A DNA stretch of 64,000 bases from an uncultured Phycisphaerales bacterium (lineage in GTDB: Bacteria; Planctomycetota; Phycisphaerae; Sedimentisphaerales; Anaerobacaceae). A program made the position numbers and the translations under genes. Location: NCBI GenBank assembly GCA_963772725.1, contig CAVYYI010000001.1, positions 960,001 to 1,024,000 of the forward strand. The letters run 5' to 3'. The notes under the pieces are model-generated. The model saw nothing but the letters and a program-made list of their open reading frames with translations. It ran no database searches and had not been told where the DNA came from. Of the stretch, positions 33,901 to 43,696 are shown piece by piece (the first letter of the stretch is position 1; each line of letters starts with the position of its first letter).

Positions 33901-34850
33901 GTAAGGCCGTTGGGATAATCGGAGGTCTCCGGCCCAGTTACGGTAAGAAGGTCGTTTGTACTTTCATCATAATTGTAATTCCACTCTCTATTGGCAAAAT
34001 CCTTTATGCTGGTTATAAGCCCCGATGCGTTATAGGTAAAATCAATCTCACGCCTGAGGTCATCGGTAATCTTGTCTATCTGCTCCGGATAGGTAGAATT
34101 ATGGTCTATGGTAATACTGCTGCCGAACCTGTCCTCTATTTCTTCCAGTCTGTCGTTTGTGTTAAAGATATAGTTGGCGTCATTAACTTTAACGAGGGTA
34201 TATTTATCGGTTGAGGAATCATAAGTGAAATACTGGCCGGGGGTAGTTGCATTGGTGAATGTATAGCTGCCTTCGTTTGTATATTTGATGCTTGCGCCCG
34301 TGCCGGTTGAAAGATGCAGTATCCTGTAATACCCCGGCTCATCGCGGGTGATATACATATTATAACTCATTTCCCAGCCGTAACCGAATTGCCCTGTCAT
34401 AGGTCTCCTGCTGCCATAGGTGCGGGTAATATTTACAGACAATGTCCGTCCTCTAATAGATACATCTGTAACAGAAAGTGAGAATTCCCCTTTTTTGATA
34501 TATACAGGGTCTCCGGTTGTAGGAGAATCGCTCACACTTGCCGGTGCAGCTCCACAACCAAGACCACTTCCTGGCCCACCCGGCGGAGGAGGTGGCGGAG
34601 GAGGTGGTGGCGGAGGAGTACAACTACTACATTCTTCACAGCAATCGCCGCAGCAACCACCTTCTCCGCAACAGTCGCCTTCACAGCAACCGGGACAAGG
34701 GGGCGGAGGAGGCGGTGGAGGCGGAGGCGTCCAGCAGCCTTTTGCGGTACTCTCAAAATAAGGTATAAAATTTACCGCCAGCAAAAAACCGAACGACAAT
34801 AACAAATACGGCATGATAAAAACTATGGGTTTTAATGTAGTGCGTTTCAT
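30966..34850 (-). CDS. Rhs/YD-repeat protein with Cys-rich C-terminal putative toxin
   Basis: GDPV..GEF (DUF6531-like), YD repeats, FTGREYD..YYYRARYY, NPINFIDPYG cleavage motif. Confidence 0.93.
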   Translation of the reverse strand: MKRTTLKPIVFIMPYLLLSFGFLLAVNFIPYFESTAKGCWTPPPPPPPPPPCPGCCEGDCCGEGGCCGDCCEECSSCTPPPPPPPPPPPPGGPGSGLGCGAAPASVSDSPTTGDPVYIKKGEFSLSVTDVSIRGRTLSVNITRTYGSRRPMTGQFGYGWEMSYNMYITRDEPGYYRILHLSTGTGASIKYTNEGSYTFTNATTPGQYFTYDSSTDKYTLVKVNDANYIFNTNDRLEEIEDRFGSSITIDHNSTYPEQIDKITDDLRREIDFTYNASGLITSIKDFANREWNYNYDESTNDLLTVTGPETSDYPNGLTTTYTYDSYHNLDTITDPNEDEVVKNYYNTVSDTVYRQDIEDVNYTLTNDVTNGIMTTIDREGNKIKQAYNTSGQLISRTVYTANPNNDPNHFTTTYSYDSNGRRTRILYPASNCTDFTYDSSGRLTGKYVKIDTSQPNSSSDPDVLATTYTYDTVWTKKIKTETDPMGNVTTYNYKSSDGSLENITYPEVTTIDGDQTPVVYFKYDTYSRVTEVNSPDGIKTKYDYYTTSGDPNYGHLWKVTHDSNTASGLNIVTEYKYDSLGRVRAIIDPNGDTTKLQYNNLDQMEKMTTPSPYSYVTQFSYDKNGNRSKIEREITGPNQVTTFNYDRYKTLLKTIDPLTHVTLYGYNYNKDINSLTDAETNKTKYEYNERRLITKITDANGGETLYRYNVNGRLAEIEDANGSVTQYSYNSFDRLTTITYPDDTTEVFGYDKNGNITSKTTSAGDTIYYEYNALGWMTEKTRPGESAITYEYDIAGRVKEETQDSDTITYTYDRIGRLTDVEDVDSRLVEYQYNSRGLRTRLDYPDDSYVTYEYDSLGRLGRVKYNGSTLAEYQYDQLSRRKVLTLANDANTVYTYDIGNRLTQLRNKFNSAQSQVIGYTDYDNVGNRKNMIIDNNESQYSYDKLYQLSFVDYPAAWSIYDTNFFYGKVGNRKGVKANGSTTTYTHNNLHQYRTVGATSYSYDDNGNLINDGAYKYYYDCENRLTDVNEIDDDPVASYAYDYQGRRISKTTYSGGTVTTKYVYDGDNLIAEYSSGGTLLRKYVYGDVIDQPICMISVSGQSETKYFYHFDGLGSVVALTESDGDVAEQYNYTVFGTPNTASGLGNPFMFTGREYDAETENYYYRARYYSPAIGRFLSPDSIGYKGGLNLYLYCENNPINFIDPYGTCGYKDCVDDCLKGFKEDLKKAKEYLTSCLGVITKAKNDCLCLPFPADVACLTAITPGSSIWAAGCLSAYTGWVSGKAILAGWCTEACGP

Positions 34851-34909
34851 ATTATGATTCTCCCTATTTTGAGTTCTGTATTCTTTCTTTTATCAGTGAT
34901 AATCAGCGA

Positions 34910-36499
34910 TTAAATATTTCCAATTTTCCTGATTTCTTCCAGTTTGGCTTTTACCTCCGCAATAGCGGGATTGCCGATATTGGCCGTTCTTAAAAATTGC
35001 TCATAATACTTAATCGCATCAGGCCATTGCCTGCTGGCATAATAAAAGGAGCCTAATTTCATACAGACCATTCCCGCATGTGAACAGTTCGGATACACAT
35101 CGGCAACATATTTATACGCCTGCTCTATCATAGGATTAGCTGTCGATTTGGGAATCGCCCCCGAGTTTCTCTGGCTTTCATAACACAGACCGAGAAGATG
35201 CTGACAATGCCAGACAAACTCAAAATCCGGCCATGTCTGAATCACCTTTTTGCAATATTCGGCTGCCTTATCATACTGGCCAACACGGTAACACGAATCA
35301 GCGACGCAGGTTGCCGCCTTAGCTGCCAAAGCCGAATCAGGATAGCTGTTTGCAACTTTATCCCATAAACTTGCGGCCTTTTCGAGATATTTTACTGAAA
35401 GCTGCTTTTTGCCGTGCCTCTCCAGCCCCAGGCCGTGATTGCAATACTGCTCTCCGAAATAAAATAACTCTTCTGTGAAACCTGTTCGTGTGCCAAAGTC
35501 CGCTATGAACTTATTTAAATCCGCTTCGTGGGAGTCAATATCGTTATCGCTGCTTATCACTATATGAAAAAGCTTTGCCTTTGCCTTCATTCCAAATGGG
35601 GAATTTGCGTAATCAGCGGCGATTTTCCGGTATATTTCACGGGACGGGCGTTCACCTTGTTCTTTCTTGCATGAAGCCTCGAATTTACCCGCAATCTCGA
35701 AAAGCACACGCGGCAATTCGGTATTACTATTAAAATCAGCGATTAAACGGCCGACTCCTGCCTGCGCCTCATCATATTTGCCGGAATTGATAAGGATAAG
35801 TATATCAGTCTTTGCGGCATCTACTCTGGCTTTTCCGGTATAAGTACTATTGGGATATTGCTGAATGATTTGCTGATAGATGCCTTTTGTCGTACTGCAT
35901 TTTTCCATACCGACATGTTCAAACCTTCTCCCGACGGAATAAAGTATTAAAGGCATATTATTTCGCTCTGCATAAGTAGAATTCAGCCTATCCAGCGATG
36001 ATTGAGCCTCAGTATAGCTGTTGCTGTCTATATAAGAGAATATGTCATCTTTAATAATGTTCATCGTCGCTGTGATTGCGGAGTTGCTGTTCGGGTCATA
36101 TCCTGTTATCTGACGATAAAGTTCTTTTGCCTCTTTATACTTCTTTACGCTCGCGTATTTTCTTGCGACAACGCTTAACGCCTCCGGCAGCTTTGTATTG
36201 TTTCTGAAATTATTCGTCATATCGGTGATTACGGTATTTATATCCATAACCCTGCCGTGCGAATTGTATAAAACATATACCCCAGCAAGCAGACTGCGAG
36301 CCTTCAAGTCATCATTTGTTCCGGGATATTGCTTTATTATGTCCTTGTAAATTGTTTCGGCTTTCTGATAATTCCAGCTTTTGATATAAGAATCCGCCTG
36401 CTTAAACTGCTCCTTTGTATCTGCAAAGCCGCTTTGACATAACTGAATTAATAATAGACCGAACACCGCCGACGCGATTGAGATTCTTTTTATGAACAT
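34910..36499 (-). CDS. Exported TPR-repeat protein
   Basis: Signal peptide; repeated Y..II..YP TPR-like helices. Confidence 0.8.
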   Translation of the reverse strand: MFIKRISIASAVFGLLLIQLCQSGFADTKEQFKQADSYIKSWNYQKAETIYKDIIKQYPGTNDDLKARSLLAGVYVLYNSHGRVMDINTVITDMTNNFRNNTKLPEALSVVARKYASVKKYKEAKELYRQITGYDPNSNSAITATMNIIKDDIFSYIDSNSYTEAQSSLDRLNSTYAERNNMPLILYSVGRRFEHVGMEKCSTTKGIYQQIIQQYPNSTYTGKARVDAAKTDILILINSGKYDEAQAGVGRLIADFNSNTELPRVLFEIAGKFEASCKKEQGERPSREIYRKIAADYANSPFGMKAKAKLFHIVISSDNDIDSHEADLNKFIADFGTRTGFTEELFYFGEQYCNHGLGLERHGKKQLSVKYLEKAASLWDKVANSYPDSALAAKAATCVADSCYRVGQYDKAAEYCKKVIQTWPDFEFVWHCQHLLGLCYESQRNSGAIPKSTANPMIEQAYKYVADVYPNCSHAGMVCMKLGSFYYASRQWPDAIKYYEQFLRTANIGNPAIAEVKAKLEEIRKIGNI

Positions 36500-36669
36500 G
36501 ACCTTACTCCTTAAAAAATCCCGCCTTAAAGTTTCTTTCCATATCTGCTTTTTTTTAAGAGTATAATTCAGTCATGGTTATTATCAACAAAAATATTCTG
36601 AATATTTTAATATTTCCTATAACTTATTTTACTTGGAAAATTTGCGCATAACATCCCCTTCTTAGTAAA

Positions 36670-36696
36670 GGCGTATTTCTTCATGAAAATGTGACA
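36670..36696 (-). promoter_or_regulatory. Putative ECF-sigma promoter TGTCACA-N16-CGCC upstream of the TPR-Rhs operon
   Basis: Resembles ECF -35/-10 layout; homologous site at 59074-59100. Confidence 0.45.
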
Positions 36697-37231
36697 TAAA
36701 TATTACAATTTTTTAAAAAATCTTTAATTTTTGCGAAAAATGTTAAAATAGGTAAGCCGCAATACCTTATTTTTTCATAATCTGCGTTTCCCTGTGTTAA
36801 TTCGTGGTTAATTAAAAATTTTCTATTTTTTTCATTTTTTCCTAAAGCCCCCCTTTTTCTTTTCCGATTAGGCATTTATTAAAATAAGATAGGGATAAAG
36901 AAGTATTAGAATAAATTGATAAATAGATTATAAATCAGCCTTGATTGGCATCCTTTGGGGGCAGAAATAATTTTGGATTTCCGATTAATCCGTTTTGCGT
37001 CGTGAGTATTGCGTATTGCGTTATTTGATTTTTCTGTATTCGACACATCACGCTTCACGAACGACGCACGACGATAAAGGACAACCGTGTCCATTCGTGG
37101 TGAATAGAATTTTGGATTTTTAATCTTTGCTTTTGCTAACAACTAATGACTATTGACTAATGGCTAATGACTAAAAAAACGCTTCGCCGTGAAGCGGAAA
37201 ATTCACTTACTTTTTTTTAGGAGATTTTGTC

Positions 37232-37848
37232 ATGAGCAGTTTCCCGAAAACAGAGCTTCAAATAGTAGCTCTCGCAGAGCAAATGGTCGCCGGTTACACC
37301 TCGCATGCGGCTGATTTTCCCTCTGTTACCGTTGCCGATTTAACCGCGGCGCTGACCGCCTACAGAAATCAAAGGCAGACTCAGGAAGATGCGGATAGTC
37401 AGGCTAAAATCGCCACGGCGACAAAGAGTGATAAGCTCGACGCACTTATCACGTTGATGAAAAACGATTTGAAGGTCTCAGAGGTCGATACGACGGCCGC
37501 TCCGGAAAAACTGGCTGAAATCGGCTGGGGGCCAAAGTCGAGCCTACTCCGGTTGAGATGCCGGGCGTACCTACCGAACTGCATCCTGTATATGAATCTC
37601 AGGGCGCAATCGGCCTTGTCTGGACAAAGCCTCTGACAGGCGGACAGGTGCGAAACTACATCGTCGAAAGACGAGACCAGCAGCAAGGCGGAGCATTTAG
37701 CGAATGGAACTTTATTAATACCACCTACAACTGCGAAGCCAACCTGACCGCTCAGCCGGAAGCCCTGAGAGTTGAATATCGCGTCAAGGCGGCAAATACC
37801 GCCGGGCAAAGTATGCCCAGCAACAGCGTTTCGGTAGTTTTGCCGTAA
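37232..37848 (+). CDS. Helical N-domain + fibronectin type III protein, frameshift near 37545
   Basis: Joined ORFs 37232..37636 and 37558..37848 align full length with the 37993..38601 paralog; LxW, YxV, YRVKAAN FN3 motifs. Confidence 0.8.
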
Positions 37849-37992
37849 ATAAAACCCCTGCGGGAAACTGCGGGGGAGCAATAATAAAAACTTATAACTT
37901 AAAACTAAAAACTCAAAATTATAAATTTGAAACTAAACGCTGTACGCTGAATTTTATGCGAGCGACGAGAGACGAGAAACGAGAGACGAAAT

Positions 37993-38601
37993 ATGATTTT
38001 TCCGAAAAAAGAAACTGAAATGGTATATCTGGCCGTCAGGATGATAAACGGCTATTTCGCGCATACTCTGGATTTTCCAAGCGTAAACAGGATGACCCTT
38101 TATTTTCGTTATCGGGATTACAACGATGCCAGGACGGCTCTTTTTAATAAAAAGACAAAGGCGCATCTTGCGGCGGTGAGAAAGGAAAGGCGATTTACAG
38201 AGCTTTGCGAAATAATGAAAAAAGACCTGAGGCTTTCCGAGGTTGATACGAGAAATAATCCGGAAAAGCTTTCGTTTATCGGCTGGGGTGTTAAATCGAA
38301 TCCTTTGCCTGCCGAGATTCCCGCTCAGCCGATAAATTTAAGAATCGGGACTATAAAAGAAACAGCCGTACAGTTAAAATGGGATAGACCCCTGAGGGGA
38401 ATTGTGCGAAATTATATTATCCAGCGGCGCCAAAAGCAAACCAGCGGCAATTTCAGTCAATGGCTTTTAATCGCAGCCTCATATAAGACCCAAATCACTC
38501 TTTCAAATCAGCCGAAGGGAATAAACCTCGAATACCGGGTAAAGGCGGTTAATACCGCAGGCCAAAGCCAGTCATCAAATACTGTTTCGAATATACTTTA
38601 G
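37993..38601 (+). CDS. Helical N-domain + fibronectin type III protein (paralog)
   Basis: FPKKE, MKKDLRLSEVDT, IGWG, LKWDRP, EYRVKAVNTAGQS. Confidence 0.8.
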   Translation: MIFPKKETEMVYLAVRMINGYFAHTLDFPSVNRMTLYFRYRDYNDARTALFNKKTKAHLAAVRKERRFTELCEIMKKDLRLSEVDTRNNPEKLSFIGWGVKSNPLPAEIPAQPINLRIGTIKETAVQLKWDRPLRGIVRNYIIQRRQKQTSGNFSQWLLIAASYKTQITLSNQPKGINLEYRVKAVNTAGQSQSSNTVSNIL

Positions 38602-38763
38602 TTGGGTAATAAAGGGCTTTTATTGTTACAGTAAAATTTGCCTTTTCCCGTTTTTGCAAAAGTTCAGTTAATATTTCTTCAACCGCCGATTTTCCGCTGT
38701 TGACATACTCGTTTATTTATTTTATGATAGCGACACATATATTATTTTTAAAGGGGCTTTATT

Positions 38764-39804
38764 ATGGATAATGAACAGAACAGCAATATGTCAACACCGC
38801 CGCAGCCGTCTTTTACTCCGCCGCCTTATCTCCCGCCGGCACCGCCCAAAAAGACAAGCGGATGGAGAGTCTTCTGGGGCATTTTTACCGGGTTATCAGT
38901 ATTTGCCAATATTTCCATGTTCCTGATAGTCATTGCGATGGCGGCACTCTTCTCTATCGGGCAGAAGGACATGTTTACAGAAGAAGTCCTGCAGGAAGGT
39001 TCACGAATGAACAAAATTGCTGTCATCAATATCGACGGCATAATAGATAATCAAAAATCCCGCGATGCCTGTAAACAATTAGATACGGCCGCAAAAGATA
39101 AAAGCATAAAAGCTCTGATTATCCGCGTCAATTCCCCCGGCGGCATGGTCTCTTCCAGCGATGAAATATACGATGCGATTTGCAAATATCGCAAACAGAC
39201 AAACAGGCCCGCTGTCGCGTTTATGGGAGGCATCGCCGCTTCCGGCGGTTATTACACATCGGTCGCCTGCGATAAAATCATTGCCGAACCGACAACTATC
39301 ACCGGCTCTATCGGGGTAATAACGGGTTATTTTGTCCTCAAAGACCTGCTCGAACAGAAACTCGGCATCGAGCCTGTTATTATCAAATCCGGCCTGAAAA
39401 AAGACTGGCCAAGCTCCTTCCAGCCCCCCACCGAAGAGCAGCGACAGTATATGCAGGAAAAGTTAATCGGACCGGCATTCGAAAGATTTACAAAGATTGT
39501 CGCTGAAGGCAGAAAAGACGTTTTAACGCCCGAGGATGTCAATCGCCTCGCCGACGGCAGCATTTTCTGCGCAAAAGAAGCGCTCGACGAAAACCTGATT
39601 GACCAAATCGGCTATTTCGATGACGCGGTACAGCTTACCTCTAAATTAGCCAACATCTCAAATCCGCAGGTTATAGAGTTTCGCAAGCCTTTTTCACTGT
39701 CCGGCTTTTTGACTTCAGAGTCACAAAGCAGGCTTAAATTAGACCGCACTACGCTGCACGAGTTCACAACTCCGCAGATTATGTATCTCTGGAATGCCAA
39801 CTAA
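38764..39804 (+). CDS. sppA: Signal peptide peptidase (S49)
   Basis: RVNSPGG, AASGGYY, TGSIGV. Confidence 0.93.
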   Translation: MDNEQNSNMSTPPQPSFTPPPYLPPAPPKKTSGWRVFWGIFTGLSVFANISMFLIVIAMAALFSIGQKDMFTEEVLQEGSRMNKIAVINIDGIIDNQKSRDACKQLDTAAKDKSIKALIIRVNSPGGMVSSSDEIYDAICKYRKQTNRPAVAFMGGIAASGGYYTSVACDKIIAEPTTITGSIGVITGYFVLKDLLEQKLGIEPVIIKSGLKKDWPSSFQPPTEEQRQYMQEKLIGPAFERFTKIVAEGRKDVLTPEDVNRLADGSIFCAKEALDENLIDQIGYFDDAVQLTSKLANISNPQVIEFRKPFSLSGFLTSESQSRLKLDRTTLHEFTTPQIMYLWNAN

Positions 39805-39865
39805 TTACAGCCGACAATGCCGTATTAGAAGCGCACAGCTTATGCAAAACTCTTGTTATAAACCG

Positions 39866-41149
39866 TCAATATTCGGCGTTTTCGTAAAAGGCGTCTATCA
39901 TCGCCTTGAAATTGTCAACAGGTACACCCGCCTGGACATTATGTACCGCGTTAAAAATATAGCCGCCAGCCTCTTTAAAAATTCTAACTCTTTCCGCGAC
40001 TTCCTGTTTTACCTGCTGAGGTGTTCCAAATGACAGCGTCTTTTGCGTATCAACCCCTCCGCCCCAGAAAACAATATCCCTGCCGTATTTTTTCTTCAAT
40101 GCTGCCGCATCCATATTCGCCGCCGAACACTGCACAGGATTTAGAATATCAAAACCAGCTTCAATTATCGCAGGTATCAAAGGCTCAATCGAACCGCAAC
40201 TGTGCATAAAGGTCTTCCATTTGGTGTTCTGATGTATCCAGTCGTTAAGCTTTTTCTGATAAGGAAAATACAGGTCGCGGAAGGTCTTTTCCGACATCAT
40301 CGGCCCACTCTGCGAACCGAAATCAGTACCCGACATAAATACCGTCTGAACCTTGTTGCCCACCGCTTTAAAAATCTTCTTTAGATTCTCAAGAGCGAAT
40401 TCCGCCTGTATCTCGAAAACCTTTTTAATATAATCAGGCCGAAGAGCGATAGACATATACCACTCGGTTATGTCACGAATGCCTTTAGGCTCCTTCATAA
40501 AAGGCCCCGGCACAAGAGCAATATCTCCGAACGCCCCGCCCGGAAATGTCATATATATCGCACTGTCGGTATTCTCATAAGCCCAATCAATTTCCTTCTT
40601 GAAATGCGTAACATCCTCATCCGAAAGCAGGCCGAACTCCTCGGTATTGTCTTTGGGATTGAGTTTATTCTCATCTATGGGTTTTTGACGAATTATCGCG
40701 TCAAAATAAAAACCGTCTTTAGGCATAACGCATGAAGGCGGATAACTCCTGTCACCTTCGGCATACATTACAATTCTGCCGTTCTCGTCCGGTGTGGTAT
40801 TAAAAAGCTCAGGAACCCATACCGGCGTGCCATCAAAAAGCGTCCGGGGCTTCCACCCCTCGTTCTTAAAGCCAAACATATTCTTCAGCGGATGCACACC
40901 TACAACATCGAAGCCAAAATAATCCCGCATCTTCGCATCGACTTCACCCAGCATCTGGTAAGGCTCGCTTAACTTTATCCGTTCACCCGGCTCAAGCAGG
41001 CCATAAGCCTTTTTGATTTTATAAACCGTGGAAGCCATTATTCCCGTCTGCCCGCCTGCGCCAAAATCTATCGGCACACGGTCGCTCGCCTTGTGATTCA
41101 ACGCGTCAATTACTCTCTGTCTGTGAGTTTTTTCCATCATTACCCTCAA
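39866..41149 (-). CDS. Uroporphyrinogen decarboxylase/MtaA-like family protein
   Basis: DRVPID, DFGSQ, HSCG, FWGGGVDTQ, HNVQ. Confidence 0.85.
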   Translation of the reverse strand: MRVMMEKTHRQRVIDALNHKASDRVPIDFGAGGQTGIMASTVYKIKKAYGLLEPGERIKLSEPYQMLGEVDAKMRDYFGFDVVGVHPLKNMFGFKNEGWKPRTLFDGTPVWVPELFNTTPDENGRIVMYAEGDRSYPPSCVMPKDGFYFDAIIRQKPIDENKLNPKDNTEEFGLLSDEDVTHFKKEIDWAYENTDSAIYMTFPGGAFGDIALVPGPFMKEPKGIRDITEWYMSIALRPDYIKKVFEIQAEFALENLKKIFKAVGNKVQTVFMSGTDFGSQSGPMMSEKTFRDLYFPYQKKLNDWIHQNTKWKTFMHSCGSIEPLIPAIIEAGFDILNPVQCSAANMDAAALKKKYGRDIVFWGGGVDTQKTLSFGTPQQVKQEVAERVRIFKEAGGYIFNAVHNVQAGVPVDNFKAMIDAFYENAEY

Positions 41150-43696
41150 TTACGCATATCCATATTTTTTGATAAACCACGTTTTCACAGTCTGAACCAG
41201 CAAAAGATACGTCAGCACTATCGCGCCAATTATATAAAAATAAAATGCCGGCGGCCTGACGAACGAAAATACCTCCGCCAGCGGCGAAAATGGTATTATA
41301 AAACCGATTAAAACTATAAGCAATGAACTGACGACCAAAAATCTGCTCGGCCTGCTTTCGATAAATGGAAGTTTGCCCGTACGAATAATATAAATAACCA
41401 GCGTCTGAGTCGTAAGGGATTCCAAAAACCATACCGTGTGAAACAAAGGCTGAGACGCATGAAACAGCAGTAAAACACCGAAGGTAACAAAATCGAATAT
41501 CGAGCTGATTGGCCCGATTACGACCATAAATCTCCTGATAGTATCGATGCTCCACGGCCTGGGCTTTTCAACATATACACTGTCAACATCGTCTGTCGCT
41601 ATCGCGGTCTGCGAAAGGTCATAAAGAAAATTATTCAGCAGTATCTGGATTGGCAGCATCGGAAGAAATGGTAAAAACAGGCTTGCTCCCGTCATGCTTA
41701 TCATATTACCCAGATTTGAGCTTGAACCCATCTTGATATATTTAACTATGTTGCCGAACGTCCTGCGTCCCTCTATTACGCCATCCTCAAGCACCATCAG
41801 ATTTTTCTTCAGGAGAATTATATCCGCTGACTCTCTTGCGATATCGACCGCGTTATCCACCGAGATGCCCACATCTGAGGCCTTGAGCGCTGGAGCGTCG
41901 TTTATGCCGTCTCCGAGGTATCCGACTATATGCCCATTGCCATGCAAAATATGAATAATCCTTTCCTTCTGCAAAGGCGAAAGCCTCGCGAATACGGTAG
42001 TTGTTTTCGTTAATTCGCTCAATTCGGTATCCGAGGCAGCCTCAACCTGCTCACCTGTAACAATGGCTTTTACATCAAGACCTACATCAGAGCATATCTT
42101 TTTGGTTACGAGTTCGTTGTCTCCCGTTAAGACCTTGAATTCGATACCAAGTTTTTCTACCGCGCTAATCGCTTCTTTCGCCGTCGGTTTCGGCGGGTCA
42201 AGAAAAGCTATGTAACCTTTCAGTATCAGGTCTTTTTCATCATCTCTCGAGTACACCGATTTAAACCCGGCATCCTTGTAAGCTACTCCAAGAACCCTAA
42301 AGCCCTGCGAGCTGAGATTGTCATATTCCTCCTTGAGGTCAGGCAGTATCAAATCGCTAAGTTCTATTATTTCACCGTTGATATCGCACCTTGTACACCG
42401 CTTATAAACCTCTTCCGGAGCACCTTTGGATATGATTATATGTTTGCCTTCCATTTCGACAACCACGGACATTATTTTTCTGCTAAAATCAAACGGTATC
42501 TCATCCACTTTTTTATAATTTTCCGTTGCCAGCGTTTCATGCTCAAGTATGGCCCTATCGAGAAGATTTTTCAGCCCCGTTTGATAAGCGCTGTTGATAT
42601 ATCCAAACCGCAGAACGTCCTCGTCTTCATCCCCGATAACATTGCAGTACTTTTCAACAACAATTTTATCGAGTGTCAGCGTGCCGGTCTTATCGGTGCA
42701 AAGCACATCCATCGCACCGAAATTCTGTATGGAATTAAGCCGCTTTACGATGACCTTCTTCTTGGACATTTCGATGGCGCCTTTAGACAGGTTCATCGCG
42801 ACAAGCATAGGCAGCATCTCAGGGGTAAGCCCGACCGCGACTGCCAGCGAAAACATCAGCGCGTCAAGGGGTTTGCCCTTCAGAAAAGCATTTATCGCGA
42901 AAATAGTCACGACCATAATCACCATAAACCTAATCATCAGCCATGTAAATTTATGTATTCCACGGTCGAAACTTGTCTGCACCCTTATCGTTGCAAGCCG
43001 TCGCGATAGTTCGCCGAATTGTGTCGAAATGCCGGTCTTTATTACAAGCCCCAGTGCCGTTCCGCTGACCACGCTTGATCCCATAAAAGCGATATTGCGT
43101 ATATCAGCAATCGAAGTGCTTTTTGTCGATACAGGTTCGCTGAATTTTTCTATGGGAAAAGACTCTCCGGTAAGTGAGGCCTGGTTGATAAACAAATCTT
43201 TGCAGGAGATAATTCTCAAATCAGCCGGTATCATATCGCCGGCATATAAATCCACGACGTCACCCGGCACAATCTCGCGGATTTTAACCTCCCTCGTAAC
43301 ACCGTCACGATACACAGTCGCCGTGGCACGAACCATTTCGCTTAATCGCTGAGCTTCTTTTCCGGCGCGATGTTCCTGAATAAAAGACAGAAAGACGCTT
43401 ATGATGGCCATTGCGATAACAAACATAGCGTCTATCTTTTCACCAAAGAATATAGAAAAACCGCCGATGATTAGAAGAACCGCAACAAGCGGATTGGCAA
43501 ACTTGGAAATGATTTGGACGAATATCGTTCTCTTTTTTCTTTTGGCGGGTTCGTTATATCCGTATTCTTCAAGACGCTCCTGCGCCTCCTCTCCCGTTAG
43601 CCCTTTTGGGGTAGTCCTGAACCATGATAAAAGCAGTTCCAGAGACGAACCCGCATAATCGAAATCCATTATCTTTACTTTTTGGTTGTCAGCCAT
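41150..43696 (-). CDS. mgtA: Magnesium-translocating P-type ATPase
   Basis: TGES, PEMLP, DKTGTLT, GDGIND, SSNLGNM. Confidence 0.93.
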   Translation of the reverse strand: MADNQKVKIMDFDYAGSSLELLLSWFRTTPKGLTGEEAQERLEEYGYNEPAKRKKRTIFVQIISKFANPLVAVLLIIGGFSIFFGEKIDAMFVIAMAIISVFLSFIQEHRAGKEAQRLSEMVRATATVYRDGVTREVKIREIVPGDVVDLYAGDMIPADLRIISCKDLFINQASLTGESFPIEKFSEPVSTKSTSIADIRNIAFMGSSVVSGTALGLVIKTGISTQFGELSRRLATIRVQTSFDRGIHKFTWLMIRFMVIMVVTIFAINAFLKGKPLDALMFSLAVAVGLTPEMLPMLVAMNLSKGAIEMSKKKVIVKRLNSIQNFGAMDVLCTDKTGTLTLDKIVVEKYCNVIGDEDEDVLRFGYINSAYQTGLKNLLDRAILEHETLATENYKKVDEIPFDFSRKIMSVVVEMEGKHIIISKGAPEEVYKRCTRCDINGEIIELSDLILPDLKEEYDNLSSQGFRVLGVAYKDAGFKSVYSRDDEKDLILKGYIAFLDPPKPTAKEAISAVEKLGIEFKVLTGDNELVTKKICSDVGLDVKAIVTGEQVEAASDTELSELTKTTTVFARLSPLQKERIIHILHGNGHIVGYLGDGINDAPALKASDVGISVDNAVDIARESADIILLKKNLMVLEDGVIEGRRTFGNIVKYIKMGSSSNLGNMISMTGASLFLPFLPMLPIQILLNNFLYDLSQTAIATDDVDSVYVEKPRPWSIDTIRRFMVVIGPISSIFDFVTFGVLLLFHASQPLFHTVWFLESLTTQTLVIYIIRTGKLPFIESRPSRFLVVSSLLIVLIGFIIPFSPLAEVFSFVRPPAFYFYIIGAIVLTYLLLVQTVKTWFIKKYGYA

